A DNA stretch of 64,000 nt, taken from Eledone cirrhosa (taxonomy: Eukaryota). Made by a program: the position numbers and the translations under genes. How positions within the stretch are numbered: position 1 is the first letter of the stretch; each line of letters begins with the position of its first letter. Shown one piece after another: positions 38,001 through 52,496 of this stretch. The stretch lies in contig OZ024765.1 in assembly GCA_964016885.1 (NCBI GenBank), positions 18,476,001-18,540,000 on the forward strand. The letters are read 5' to 3'. The notes under the pieces are model-generated. The model was not told the DNA's origin. It saw only the letters and a list, made by a program, of their open reading frames with translations, and ran no database searches.

Positions 38001-41000
38001 ATGATTAAAACAATTCTATATCCACAGTTATATACACCTCTTCATCACATATTATATTATTTCCACCAATAACTACATTATATCCTTAAATATGACACCA
38101 AGACATATAATTTGTAAATAAAAGATGAAATATTAAAACCTCAATTTTTAAATAATTTTACCCCACCTTTGTGTTCTCAGTGTTTAGATTAACCCATAAT
38201 TTTATGATTTGGGAGCATATAACTTATAGTACCAGTCATGTACTGGGATCAATTTAACGGTTTGGTTCCTCCCCGCAAATTACTTGACTTTTGCCTAAGT
38301 AAGACATACTCACAGAATGTATCGATGTATATGTATGAATCTATATATATATTAGTATATGTTATGTTTACAATAAAAATAGACAAACAATTTAATGATA
38401 ATATGAAATGAAATTATTATTATTTATTAATAATATTTTTATTGTTTTCACTGCAATAACTTCTGAGTGTGACTTTGCTTTTCTTACTATTTTCTACTGT
38501 AAATGGCGGCTTAATTGGATTATTACTAAGGTTTACTGGATTGTGGTGTTTCTTTATTGTTTTATATTTCAATCAGTGGACATCAGGATAGCTTTCTATA
38601 TACCTGGGATAAATGTAAAGAGTACTGACTTTCATCTGCAGTTCAATGGTGATGTCTTCTTATATTTTCATTTAATTCTGCAATACTGTATATTGTAGTC
38701 TTTTCATTATTTTAAATATTTCTATCATGTCACTCGTTTGATATATCTCCCCGAAAGATATAGTTATTCAGAGCTTTACATTAGAATAGTGTACTACTAT
38801 TTAAATATTAGTCCTTTAAATATATATTTCTATCATGCCCCCCCCCCCCCAACCCTCTTAGATTTATCTCCTCTAAATTTGCAATCCCTAAAGTTTAACA
38901 TCTTTCTTCAGAAGACAGATTTCTTAATAATTCTGGTGTTTTCTGTTTTGTTCTTTTCTGGATTCCTTCAATAGCTTCTCCGTATTTTCTGAAGTCGTCT
39001 GACCATGCCCCAAAACAATATTCTAGGTCGTATCACACATATCATTCAACTAGTGTTTTAGACCTCTCGACATTTAGCTAGGCAAAGGAATGTTTTATTA
39101 TTCCTATCATCTGAATTCCTTTTTTTTCTTCAACATGTTTAGCCATCTTTAAAATCATATTCATACATATTCACAATTCCTCGTGGAGGGGTATAAGAGA
39201 CATGTATAAATATAGCTGCATATTACTACAAAATAACTTGAACCATATCGCGAAACATTTTGTAAAGTATCTCTGTAATTATTCTCATTTCGATTTTCTG
39301 TAGAATGTATTGACGTTTAAGATAGAGACAATTGCCCTTCTTCTAATAATCTCTTTGTCCATTCCATGTTTTAGTCTCACAAAATATTGTTAATGCAAGA
39401 TTTTGCTCTAATGTAATAAATGTTACTTTTAAAAGAGCGAAGTTCTCAATTTTCTTCTTTCTCTTGTATATTGATATCTAAAGGATGACAAATGTATGAA
39501 TTATGTGATAGGGAGGAAAAAAGCCACGACCTTCTTCTCTCGTTACAGAATGCTAACTGACAACGTCTTTCGCAGGAGTGACTAGTACTACTGCCTTTTA
39601 TATACCGTGACAACTGGAAAGACGTGACAAATAAGGATACACTCTGCTCTCCTTATCAACATTGTCCGAGTCTGAGGACCTTTCCTCCCTGGTTAAGGAG
39701 TGAGATAAAATATTAGGGATCAATCTCTAGCAATAATTTCATTAAATCATATTTAACCAGAGACTGTTATGTCGTGGTTGTTGCTATATTTTATAGTCGT
39801 GGTTTCAATGTTTAACAGGGGTTGTAGAATTAGCTTTATCTAATTATTATCAAACAAAACAGATTTATATATTGTCGCCGTTGTACGTTAAAATCACATA
39901 TATATTTATATACACACTAAGGATGGAGGGACGACGGAATTGAAAACGATTATTGCTGAGTACATCACGGCAAGATCTAATACACACACACACACACACT
40001 CTCCCATATATATTTAATAATCAGCTATGACCATGAAGAAGGTCCCTGTAGATCATCTGGTTGTAGGATCTAATGAACCCGAAAGAAAGTGAAAATATAT
40101 TTTATGAAAGCCCCAGAAGAATAAATGTAAACATTGACCCGATTATAGTAGAAATAAGAATGAGAAACGCATGAACGCCAGCACATCTACTTTGCTTGGA
40201 AATTAAAAGTAGGTTTATAAATATTAATTTTTTCTTATGTTCTTGTATCTGTTTGGTAGGTGTTAGAGACTATGTAGACACTGATGTGGTGATCAATCTC
40301 AGTCCGAATCTGTACTATATATTTTTAAATTTAAATTTTTCTCTAGTAAAGTAAAAAATGAAATGATTATCTATAGACTTTGACTGAAATCGAAACCCAG
40401 AGCAGGTTCTCCACCGTCTCTAATACCTACCATTAGGCCACGGAGACAGATATAAAAACAGTGTGAAAATTAATATTTATAAAGTTACTTTTTTATTTTT
40501 GTTTTATACTATAAAAAATATAATACGACACACTGCCAGTGATTGAACCCCGGACCTGGACCTCCACCGGCTCTTATACTTACCACTAGGCTAAAGGGAC
40601 GGTTACAGAAACTTACTTAAAAATTGATATTTATAAACCTACTTTTTCATTACTAGAAAAAACCGGAAGTGGAGAAAATTGAAAAACATCTTCTTTTTCT
40701 TCCTCTGATTTTTTTTTATCCAAAATTTGGATTTAAGTCAGAGACGAGTTATCGTTCGTGGCAAAAATCAGAGGAAGAAAAAGAAGAAGTTTTTCAATTT
40801 TCTCCACTTCCGGTTTTTTCTAGTATAGGTAAGTAAATATTAATTTTCAAAAAATTTTTGTAACCGTCCCTGTGGCCTAATGGTAAGCACTAGAGACGGT
40901 GGAGATCCTGATTTAGGGTTCGATTTCCGTTAGGTTTTATACTAATAACTGCGTATTTGTTTCTTTTATTAAGTAAGATTTGAACTAATAATGCTGTACT

Positions 41001-44000
41001 TTGTAGTAATGTCCCATATTATATTCAACATATTTTAATTAAAATTTATTTTTTTTATAAAAGAAAGAACAAAAAACCTTATTGAAATTAAGAAATGAAT
41101 TTTATTCAGTAAAGTTGTTTTTATTTTGTTTTCACTTCATTAACTGCTGAATACGTCTTTTGTTTTTGTTTTTGATTCTTTCTAACCATTGTTTACTGTG
41201 AATGGTGACTGCAACGAACCTGGATTATTACCAAGTTTCACTGGATGATTGTATTATTTTGTTGTCAGTGGACATCTGGACATCTATCTAAATACCTGGA
41301 ATAACCACAAGGTGTGTGTTTTACGTAACATTTCATTTTAATGTCTGATGTACCTGTATTTCACATTTAAAATGTAACCAAAAATAAACAAGACAGGGAC
41401 GCTACATCAAAATAAACCACACAGACGAGGTACGAATAATCTAAAATTAATTTTAACAAACTATAAACGATGTTTAAAGAGAGACGAACATTAAAATAGG
41501 ATTTCAAACAAACACGTAAACACAAAGACAATTACAGCCGCCATAATCTAATATCTGAAGAACAACATTTTTCACGTTTGAAATAAAACTAAATATGTAA
41601 AGTTTAGTGGCCCCTGATTTACTTGCTTTTAATTTCATTTTGATAATCTGTATTCTGTAGACATATATTTATGATTTTAATGATGAAATTTCCTCTTGTC
41701 TTTAAAAGATTATTACTTATAAAAATTATAATAGTCACCTCCTCCTCTCGATTAATATGTAGCTTACCCACAGGGGTTCCTCAACTGGGCGGTTTCAACT
41801 GTTGGGTGCGCGATGAGCAGCTGAACAGAAAATTAAGGGCCATTGGAAACTTTGGTGGCCGATATAGAATTTTGAGATTTAAGAAGGTATGCTACCCGAA
41901 AACCTATTCAAGGAATATATGCAAAGAACCTGAATAAAAATCAGGAAGCTAATTGGGAAAATTAAACCAGGAACAAACATTTACGAAACATATTTGGTAT
42001 ACTTTGGAATATTTACTATACAGGTGGCTGGTGGAACATTTTTTCATGTGAATGTGGGAAATGATGCCAAAATATTTGGCAACCCTTGGCTTACACCTTA
42101 CTAAATGTTCTGGAGACAAGCCTCTTCGCTATATATCATAGTTCTTCAATCCTTCATTTTCCACAGTTGGTGAAGTATTTCGATTTGATATGACGATCGT
42201 AGAGTTAGATTTAGGACGTGGTGGCGTTCATGGGTTTCTTAGTGTTGTTACTAGAAAGGGTCGACTCTGTCTTTCACACTTCAGGTTTTTTCATGAATTA
42301 AATATCCATTTTCTTTCTGATCGGTCTAACAATGATTTGAACCTACAATGACTCCGTCTGTAATAATATTCTCTTATTTGAAATATGCCATACCTAACTC
42401 CCGTGTCTGTGTGTGTGAAAAATATTCCAACTTAGAGCGACGTGCCCGTAAATTGTTTAGCCCGATTCCTATATATAGATAATGTGTAATATTTCAACCT
42501 TCATGGAGGGTCTTTGCCGTAATTTCCCGTAACTCCGACTAGAAGTCATTATGTAGTTTTTTCGTCCGTTAAAAATAATGATTAAAACAATTCTATATCC
42601 ACAGTTATATACACCTCTTCATCACATATTATATTATTTCCACCAATAACTACATTATATCCTTAAATATGACACCAAGACATATAATTTGTAAATAAAA
42701 GATGAAATATTAAAACCTAAATTTTTAAATAATTTTACCCCACCTTTGTGTTCTCAGTGTTTAGATTAACCCATAATTTTATGATTTGGGAGCATATAAC
42801 TTATAGTACCAGTCATGTACTGGGATCAATTTAACGGTTTGGTTCCTCCCCGCAAATTACTTGACTTTTGCCTAAGTAAGACATACTCACAGAATGTATC
42901 GATGTATATGTATGAATGTATATATATATTAGTATATGTTATGTTTACAATAAAAATAGACAAACAATTTAATGATAATATGAAATGAAATTATTATTAT
43001 TTATTAATAATATTTTTATTGTTTTCACTGCATTAACTTCTGAGTGTGACTTTGTTTTTCTTACTATTTTCTACTGTAAAAGGCGGCTTAATTGGATTAT
43101 TACTAAGGTTTACTGGATTGTGGTGTTTCTTTATTGTTTTATATTTCAATCAGTGGACATCAGGATAGCTTTCTATATACCTGGGATAAATGTAAAGAGT
43201 ACTGACTTTCATCTGCAGTTCAATGGTGATGTCTTATATTTTCATTTACTTCTGCAATACTGTATATTGTAGTCTTTTCATTATTTTAAATATTTCTATC
43301 ATGTCACTCGTTTGATATATCTCCCCGAAAGATATAGTTATTCAGAGATTTACATTGGAATAGTGTACTACTATTTAAATATTAGTCCTTTAAATATATA
43401 TTTCTATCATGTCCCCCCCCCCACCCTCTTAGATTTATCTCCTCTAAATTTGCAATCCCTAAAGTTTAACATCTTTCTTCAGAAGACAGATTTCTTAATA
43501 ATTCTGGTGTTTTCTGTTTTGTTCTTTTCTGGATTCCTTCAATAGCTTCTCCGTATTTTCTGAAGTCGTCTGACCATGCCCCAAAACAATATTCTAGGTC
43601 GTATCACACATATCATTCAACTAGTGTTTTAGACCTCTCGACATTTAGCTAGGCAAAGGAATGTTTTATTATTCCTATCATCTGAATTCCTTTTTTTTCT
43701 TCAACATGTTTAGCCATCTTTAAAATCATATTCATACATATTCACAATTCCTCGTGGAGGGGTATAAGAGACATGTATAAATATAGCTGCATATTACTAC
43801 AAAATAACTTGAACCATATCGCGAAACATTTTGTAAAGTATCTCTGTAATTATTCTCATTTCGATTTTCTGTAGAATGTATTGACGTTTAAGATAGAGAC
43901 AATTGCCCTTCTTCTAATAATCTCTTTGTCCATTCCATGTTTTAGTCTCACAAAATATTGTTAATGCAAGATTTTGCTCTAATGTAATAAATGTTACTTT

Positions 44001-47000
44001 TAAAAGACCGAAGTTCTCAATTTTCTTCTTTCTCTTGTATATTGATATCTAAAGGATGACAAATGTATGAATTATGTGATAGGGAGGAAAAAAAGCCACG
44101 ACCTTCTTCTCTCGTTACAGAAGGCTAACTGACAACGTCTTTCGCAGGAGTGACTAGTACTACTGCCTTTTATATACCGTGACAACTGGAAAGACGTGAC
44201 AAATAAGGATACACTCTGCTCTCCTTATCAACATTGTCCGAGTCTGAGGACCTTTCCTCCCTGGTTAAGGAGTGAGATAAAATATTAGGGATCAATCTCT
44301 AGCAATAATTTCATTAAATCATATTTAACCAGAGACTGTTATGTCGTGGTTGTTGCTATATTTTATAGTCGTGGTTTCAATGTTTAACAGGGGTTGTAGA
44401 ATTAGCTTTATCTAATTATTATCAAACAAAACAGATTTATATATTGACGCCGTTGTACGTTAAAATCACATATATATTTATATACACACCAAGGATGGAG
44501 GGACGACGGAATTGAAAACCATTATTGCTGAGTACATCACGGCAAGATCTAATACACACACACACACACACACTCTCCCGTATATATTTAATAATCAGCT
44601 ATGACCATGAAGAAGGTCCCTGTAGATCATTTGGTTGTAGGATCTAATGAACCCGAAAGAAAGTGAAAATATATTTTATGAAAGCCCCAGAAGAATAAAT
44701 GTAAACATTGACCCGATTATAGTAGAAATAACAACGAGAAAGCCATGAACGCCAGCAATCTATTTTGCTTGGAAATTAAAAGTAGGTTTATAAATATTAA
44801 TTTTTTCTTATGTTCTTGTATCTGTTTGGTAGGTGTTAGAGACTATGTAGACACTGATGTGGTGTTCATTCTCAGTCCGAATTTGTACTATATATTTTTA
44901 AATTTAAATTTTTCTCTAGTAAAGTAAAAAATGAAATTATTATCTATAGACTTTGACTGAAATCGAAACCCAGAGCAGGTTCTCCACCGTCTCTAATACC
45001 TACCATTAGGCCACGGAGACAGATATAAAGACAGTGTGAAAATTAATATTTATAAAGTTACTTTCTAATTTTTGTTTTATACTATAAAAAATATAATACG
45101 ACACACTGCCAGTGATTGAACCCCGGACCTGGACCTCCACCGGCTCTTATACTTACCACTAGGCTAAAGGGACGGTTACAGAAACTTACTTAAAAATTGA
45201 TATTTATAAACCTACTTTTTCATTACTAGAAAAAACCGGAAGTGGAGAAAATTGAAAAACATCTTCTTTTTCTTCCTCTGATTTTTTTTTATCCAAAATT
45301 TGGATTTAAGTCAGAGACGAGTTATCGTTCGTGGCAAAAATCAGAGGAAGAAAAAGAAGTTTTTCAATTTTCTCCACTTCCGGTTTTTTCTAGTATAGGT
45401 AAGTAAATATTAATTTTCAAAAAATTTTTGTAACCGTCCCTGTGGCCTAATGGTAAGCACTAGAGACGGTGGAGATCCTGATTTAGGGTTCGATTTCCGT
45501 TAGGTTTTATACTAATAACTGCGTATTTGTTTCTTTTATTAAGTAAGATTAGAACTAATAATGCTGTACTTTGTAGTAATGTCCCATATTATATTCAACA
45601 TATTTTAATTAAAATTTATTTTTTTTATAAAAGAAAGAACAAAAAACCTTATTGAAATTAAGAAATGAATTTTATTCAGTAAAGTTGTTTTTATTTTGTT
45701 TTCACTTCATTAACTGCTGAATACGTCTTTTGTTTTTGTTTTTGATTCTTTCTAACCATTGTTTACTGTGAATGGTGACTGCAACGAACCTGGATTATTA
45801 CCAAGTTTCACTGGATGATTGTATTATTTTGTTGTCAGTGGACATCTGGACATCTATCTAAATACCTGGAATAACCACAAGGTGTGTGTTTTACGTAACA
45901 TTTCATTTTAATGTCTGATGTTCCTGTATTTCACATTTAAAATGTAACCAAAAATAAACAAGACAGGGACGCTACATCAAAATAAACCACACAGACGAGG
46001 TACGAATAATCTAAAATTAATTTTAACAAACTATAAACGATGTTTAAAGAGAGACGAACATTAAAATAGGATTTCAAACAAACACGTAAACACAAAGACA
46101 ATTACAGCCGCCATAATCTAATATCTGAAGATCAACATTTTTCACGATAGAAATAAAACTAAATATGTAAAGTTTAGTGGCCCCTGATTTACTTGCTTTT
46201 AATTTCATTTTGATAATCTGTATTCTGTAGACATATATTTATGATTTTAATGATGAAATTTCCTCTTGTCTTTAAAAGATTATTACTTATAAAAATTATA
46301 ATAGTCACCTCCTCCTCTCGATTAATATATAGCATCATTCGAGGTAGCTTACCCACAGGGGTTCCTCAACTGGGCGGTTTCAACTGTTGGGTGGGCGATG
46401 AGCAGCTGAACAGAAAATTGAGGGCCATTGGAAACTTTGGTGGCCGATGTAGAATTTTGAGATTTAAGAAGGTATGCTACCCGAAAACCTATTCAAGGAA
46501 TATATGCAAAGAACCTGAATAAAAATCAGGAAGCTAATTGTGAAAATTGAACCAGGAACAAACATTTACGAAACATATTTGGTATACTTTGGAATATTTA
46601 CTATACAGGTGGCTGGTGGAACATTTTTTCATGTGAATGTGGGAAATGATGCCAAAATATTTGGCAACCCTTGGCTTACACCTTACTAAATGTTCTGGAG
46701 ACAAGCCTCTTCGCTATATATCATAGTTCTTAAATCCTTCATCTTCCACAGTTGGTGAAGTATTTCGATTTGATATGACGATCGCAAAGTTAGATTTAGG
46801 ACGTGGTGGCGTTCATGGGTTTCTTAGTGTTGTTACTAGAAAGGGTCGACTCTGTCTTTCACACTTCAGGTTTTTTCATGAATTAAATATCCATTTTCTT
46901 TCTGATCGGTCTAACAATGATTTGAACCTACAATGACTCCGTCTGTAATAATGTTCTCTTATTTGAAATATGCCATACCTAACTCCCGTGTCTGTGTGTG

Positions 47001-50000
47001 TGAAAAATATTCCAACTTAGAGCGACGTGCCCGTAAATTGTTTAGCCTGATTCCTATATATAGATAATGTGTAATATTTCAACCTTCATGGAGGGTCTTT
47101 GCCGTAATTTCCCGTAACTCCGACTAGAAGTCATTATGTAGTTTTTTCGTCCGTTAAAAATAATGATTAAAACAATTCTATATCCACAGTTATATACACC
47201 TCTTCATCACATATTATATTATTTCCACCAATAACTACATTATATCCTTAAATATGACACCAAGACATATAATTTGTAAATAAAAGATGAAATATTAAAA
47301 CCTCAATTTTTAAATAATTTTACCCCACCTTTGTGTTCTCAGTGTTTAGATTAACCCATAATTTTATGATTTGGGAGCATATAACTTATAGTACCAGTCA
47401 TGTACTGGGATCAATTTAACGGTTTGGTTCCTCCCCGCAAATTACTTGACTTTTGCCTAAGTAAGACATACTCACAGAATGTATCGATGTATATGTATGA
47501 ATGTATATATATATTAGTATATGTTATGTTTACAATAAAAATAGACAAACAATTTAATGATAATATGAAATGAAATTATTATTATTTATTAATAATATTT
47601 TTATTGTTTTCACTGCATTAACTTCTGAGTGTGACTTTGCTTTTCTTACTATTTTCTACTGTAAATGGCGGCTTAATTGAATTATTACTAAGGTTTACTG
47701 GATTGTGGTGTTTTTTTATTGTTTTATATTTCAATCAGTGGACATCAGGATAGCTTTCTATATACCTGGGATAAATGTAAAGAGTACTGACTTTCATCTG
47801 CAGTTCAATGGTGATGTCTTCTTATATTTTCATTTACTTCTGCAATACTGTATATTGTAGTCTTTTCATTATTTTAAATATTTCTATCATGTCACTCGTT
47901 TGATATATCTCCCCGAAAGATATAGTTATTCAGAGCTTTACATTAGAATAGTGTACTACTATTTAAATATTAGTCCTTTAAATATATATTTCTATCATGC
48001 CCCCCCCCCCCCAACCCTCTTAGATTTATCTCCTCCAAATTTGCAATCCCTAAAGTTTAACATCTTTCTTCAGAAGACAGATTTCTTAATAATTCTGGTG
48101 TTTTCTGTTTTGTTCTTTTCTGGATTCCTTCAATAGCTTCTCCGTATTTTCTTAAGTCGTCTGACCATGCCCCAAAACAATATTCTAGGTCGTATCACAC
48201 ATATCATTCAACTAGTGTTTTAGACCTCTCGACATTTAGCTAGGCAAAGGAATGTTTTATTATTCCTATCATCTGAATTCCTTTTTTTTCTTCAACATGT
48301 TTAGCCATCTTTAAAATCATATTCATACATATTCACAATTCCTCGTGGAGGGGTATAAGAGACATGTATAAATATAGCTGCATATTACTACAAAATAACT
48401 TGAACCATATCGCGAAACATTTTGTAAAGTATCTCTGTAATTATTCTCATTTCGATTTTCTGTAGAATGTATTGACGTTTAAGATAGAGACAATTGCCCT
48501 TCTTCTAATAATCTCTTTGTCCATTCCATGTTTTAGTCTCACAAAATATTGTTAATGCAAGATTTTGCTCTAATGTAATAAATGTTACTTTTAAAAGACC
48601 GAAGTTCTCAATTTTCTTCTTTCTCTTGTATATTGATATCTAAAGGATGACAAATGTATGAATTATGTGATAGGGAGGAAAAAAGCCACGACCTTCTTCT
48701 CTCGTTACAGAAGGCTAACTGACAACGTCTTTCGCAGGAGTGACTAGTACTACTGCCTTTTATATACCGTGACAACTGGAAAGACGTGACAAATAAGGAT
48801 ACACTCTGCTCTCCTTATCAACATTGTCCGAGTCTGAGGACCTTTCCTCCCTGGTTGAGGAGTGAGATAAAATATTAGGGATCAATCTCTAGCAATAATT
48901 TCATTAAATCATATTTAACCAGAGACTGTCATGTCGTGGTTGTTGCTATATTTTATAGTCGTGGTTTCAATGTTTAACAGGGGTTGTAGAATTAGCTTTA
49001 TCTAATTATTATCAAACAAAACAGATTTATATATTGTCGCCGTTGTACGTTAAAATCACATATATATTTATATACACACTAAGGATGGAGGGACGACGGA
49101 ATTGAAAACGATTATTGCTGAGTACATCACGGCAAGATCTAATACACACACACACACACACTCTCCCGTATATATTTAATAATCAGCTATGACCATGAAG
49201 ATGGTCCCTGTAGATCATCTGGTTGTAGGATCTAATGAACCCGAAAGAAAGTGAAAATATATTTTATGAAAGCCCCAGAAGAATAAATGTAAACATTGAC
49301 CCGATTATAGTAGAAATAAGAATGAGAAACGCATGAACCCCAGCACATCTACTTTGCTTGGAAATTAAAAGTAGGTTTATAAATATTAATTTTTTCTTAT
49401 GTTCTTGTATCTGTTTGGTAGGTGTTAGAGACTATGTAGACACTGATGTGGTGTTCAATCTCAGTCCGAATCTGTACTATATATTTTTAAATTTAAATTA
49501 TTCTCTAGTAAAGTAAAAAATGAAATGATTATCTATAGACTTTGACTGAAATCGAAACCCAGAGCAGGTTCTCCACCGTCTCTAATACCTACCATTAGGC
49601 CACGGAGACAGATATAAAAACAGTGTGAAAATTAATATTTATAAAGTTACTTTTTTATTTTTGTTTTATACTATAAAAAATATAATACGACACACTGCCA
49701 GTGATTGAACCCCGGACCTGGACCTCCACCGGCTCTTATACTTACCACTAGGCTAAAGGGACGGTTACAGAAACTTACTTAAAAATTGATATTTATAAAC
49801 CTACTTTTTCATTACTAGAAAAAACCGGAAGTGGAGAAAATTGAAAAACATCTTCTTTTTCTTCCTCTGATTTTTTTTTATCCAAAATTTGGATTTAAGT
49901 CAGAGACGAGTTATCGTTCGTGGCAAAAATCAGAGGAAGAAAAAGAAGAAGTTTTTCAATTTTCTCCACTTCCGGTTTTTTCTAGTATAGGTAAGTAAAT

Positions 50001-52466
50001 ATTAATTTTCAAAAAATTTTTGTAACCGTCCCTGTGGCCTAATGGTAAGCACTAGAGACGGTGGAGATCCTGATTTAGGGTTCGATTTCCGTTAGGTTTT
50101 ATACTAATAACTGCGTATTTGTTTCTTTTATTAAGTAAGATTTGAACTAATAATGCTGTACTTTGTAGTAATGTCCCATATTATATTCAACATATTTTAA
50201 TTAAAATTTATTTTTTTTATAAAAGAAAGAACAAAAAACCTTATTGAAATTAAGAAATGAATTTTATTCAGTAAAGTTGTTTTTATTTTGTTTTCACTTC
50301 ATTAACTGCTGAATACGTCTTTTGTTTTTGTTTTTGATTCTTTCTAACCATTGTTTACTGTGAATGGTGACTGCAACGAACCTGGATTATTACCAAGTTT
50401 CACTGGATGATTGTATTATTTTGTTGTCAGTGGACATCTGGACATCTATCTAAATACCTGGAATAACCACAAGGTGTGTGTGTTTACGTAACATTTCATT
50501 TTAATGTCTGATGTACCTGTATTTCACATTTAAAATGTAACCAAAAATAAACAAGACAGGGACGCTACATCAAAATAAACCACACAGACGAGGTACGAAT
50601 AATCTAAAATTAATTTTAACAAACTATAAACGATGTTTAAAGAGAGACGAACATTAAAATAGGATTTCAAACAAACACGTAAACACAAAGACAATTACAG
50701 CCGCCATAATCTAATATCTGAAGAACAACATTTTTCACGTTTGAAATAAAACTAAATATGTAAAGTTTAGTGGCCCCTGATTTACTTGCTTTTAATTTCA
50801 TTTTGATAATCTGTATTCTGTAGACATATATTTATGATTTTAATGATGAAATTTCCTCTTGTCTTTAAAAGATTATTACTTATAAAAATTATAATAGTCA
50901 CCTCCTCCTCTCGATTAATATGTAGCTTACCCACAGGGGTTCCTCAACTGGGCGGTTTCAACTGTTGGGTGCGCGATGAGCAGCTGAACAGAAAATTAAG
51001 GGCCATTGGAAACTTTGGTGGCCGATATAGAATTTTGAGATTTAAGAAGGTATGCTACCCGAAAACCTATTCAAGGAATATATGCAAAGAACCTGAATAA
51101 AAATCAGGAAGCTAATTGGGAAAATTAAACCAGGAACAAACATTTACGAAACATATTTGGTATACTTTGGAATATTTACTATACAGGTGGCTGGTGGAAC
51201 ATTTTTTCATGTGAATGTGGGAAATGATGCCAAAATATTTGGCAACCCTTGGCTTACACCTTACTAAATGTTCTGGAGACAAGCCTCTTCGCTATATATC
51301 ATAGTTCTTCAATCCTTCATTTTCCACAGTTGGTGAAGTATTTCGATTTGATATGACGATCGCAGAGTTAGATTTAGGACGTGGTGGCGTTCATGGGTTT
51401 CTTAGTGTTGTTACTAGAAAGGGTCGACTCTGTCTTTCACACTTCAGGTTTTTTCATGAATTAAATATCCATTTTCTTTCTGATCGGTCTAACAATGATT
51501 TGAACCTACAATGACTCCGTCTGTAATAATGTTCTCTTATTTGAAATATGCCATACCTAACTCCCGTGTCTGTGTGTGTGAAAAATATTCCAACTTAGAG
51601 CGACGTGCCCGTAAATTGTTTAGCCCGATTCCTATATATAGATAATGTGTAATATTTCAACCTTCATGGAGGGTCTTTGCCGTAATTTCCCGTAACTCCG
51701 ACTAGAAGTCATTATGTAGTTTTTTCGTCCGTTAAAAATAATGATTAAAACAATTCTATATCCACAGTTATATACACCTCTTCATCACATATTATATTAT
51801 TTCCACCAATAACTACATTATATCCTTAAATATGACACCAAGACATATAATTTGTAAATAAAAGATGAAATATTAAAACCTCAATTTTTAAATAATTTTA
51901 CCCCACCTTTGTGTTCTCAGTGTTTAGATTAACCCATAATTTTATGATTTGGGAGCATATAACTTATAGTACCAGTCATGTACTGGGATCAATTTAACGG
52001 TTTGGTTCCTCCCCGCAAATTACTTGACTTTTGCCTAAGTAAGACATACTCACAGAATGTATCGATGTATATGTATGAATGTATATATATATTAGTATAT
52101 GTTATGTTTACAATAAAAATAGACAAACAATTTAATGATAATATGAAATGAAATTATTATTATTTATTAATAATATTTTTATTGTTTTCACTGCAATAAC
52201 TTCTGAGTGTGACTTTGCTTTTCTTACTATTTTCTACTGTAAATGGCGGCTTAATTGGATTATTACTAAGGTTTACTGGATTGTGGTGTTTCTTTATTGT
52301 TTTATATTTCAATCAGTGGACATCAGGATAGCTTTCTATATACCTTGGATAAATGTAAAGAGTACTGACTTTCATCTGCAGTTCAATGGTGATGTCTTCT
52401 TATATTTTCATTTACTTCTGCAATACTGTATATTGTAGTCTTTTCATTATTTTAAATATTTCTATC

Positions 52467-52496
52467 TTTCGGGGAGATATATCAAACGAGTGACAT
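52467..52496. other. 30-bp micro-inversion unique to unit 12
   Basis: tttcggggagatatatcaaacgagtgacat is the exact reverse complement of atgtcactcgtttgatatatctccccgaaa found in the other units. It is bounded by tatc/gata. Confidence 0.95.

Noticed and set aside
44745-44927. 60-aa ORF in units 10 and 13
   Set aside because: It is created by a 1-bp deletion and reads through a tRNA-like repeat; it is useful only as a duplication marker.
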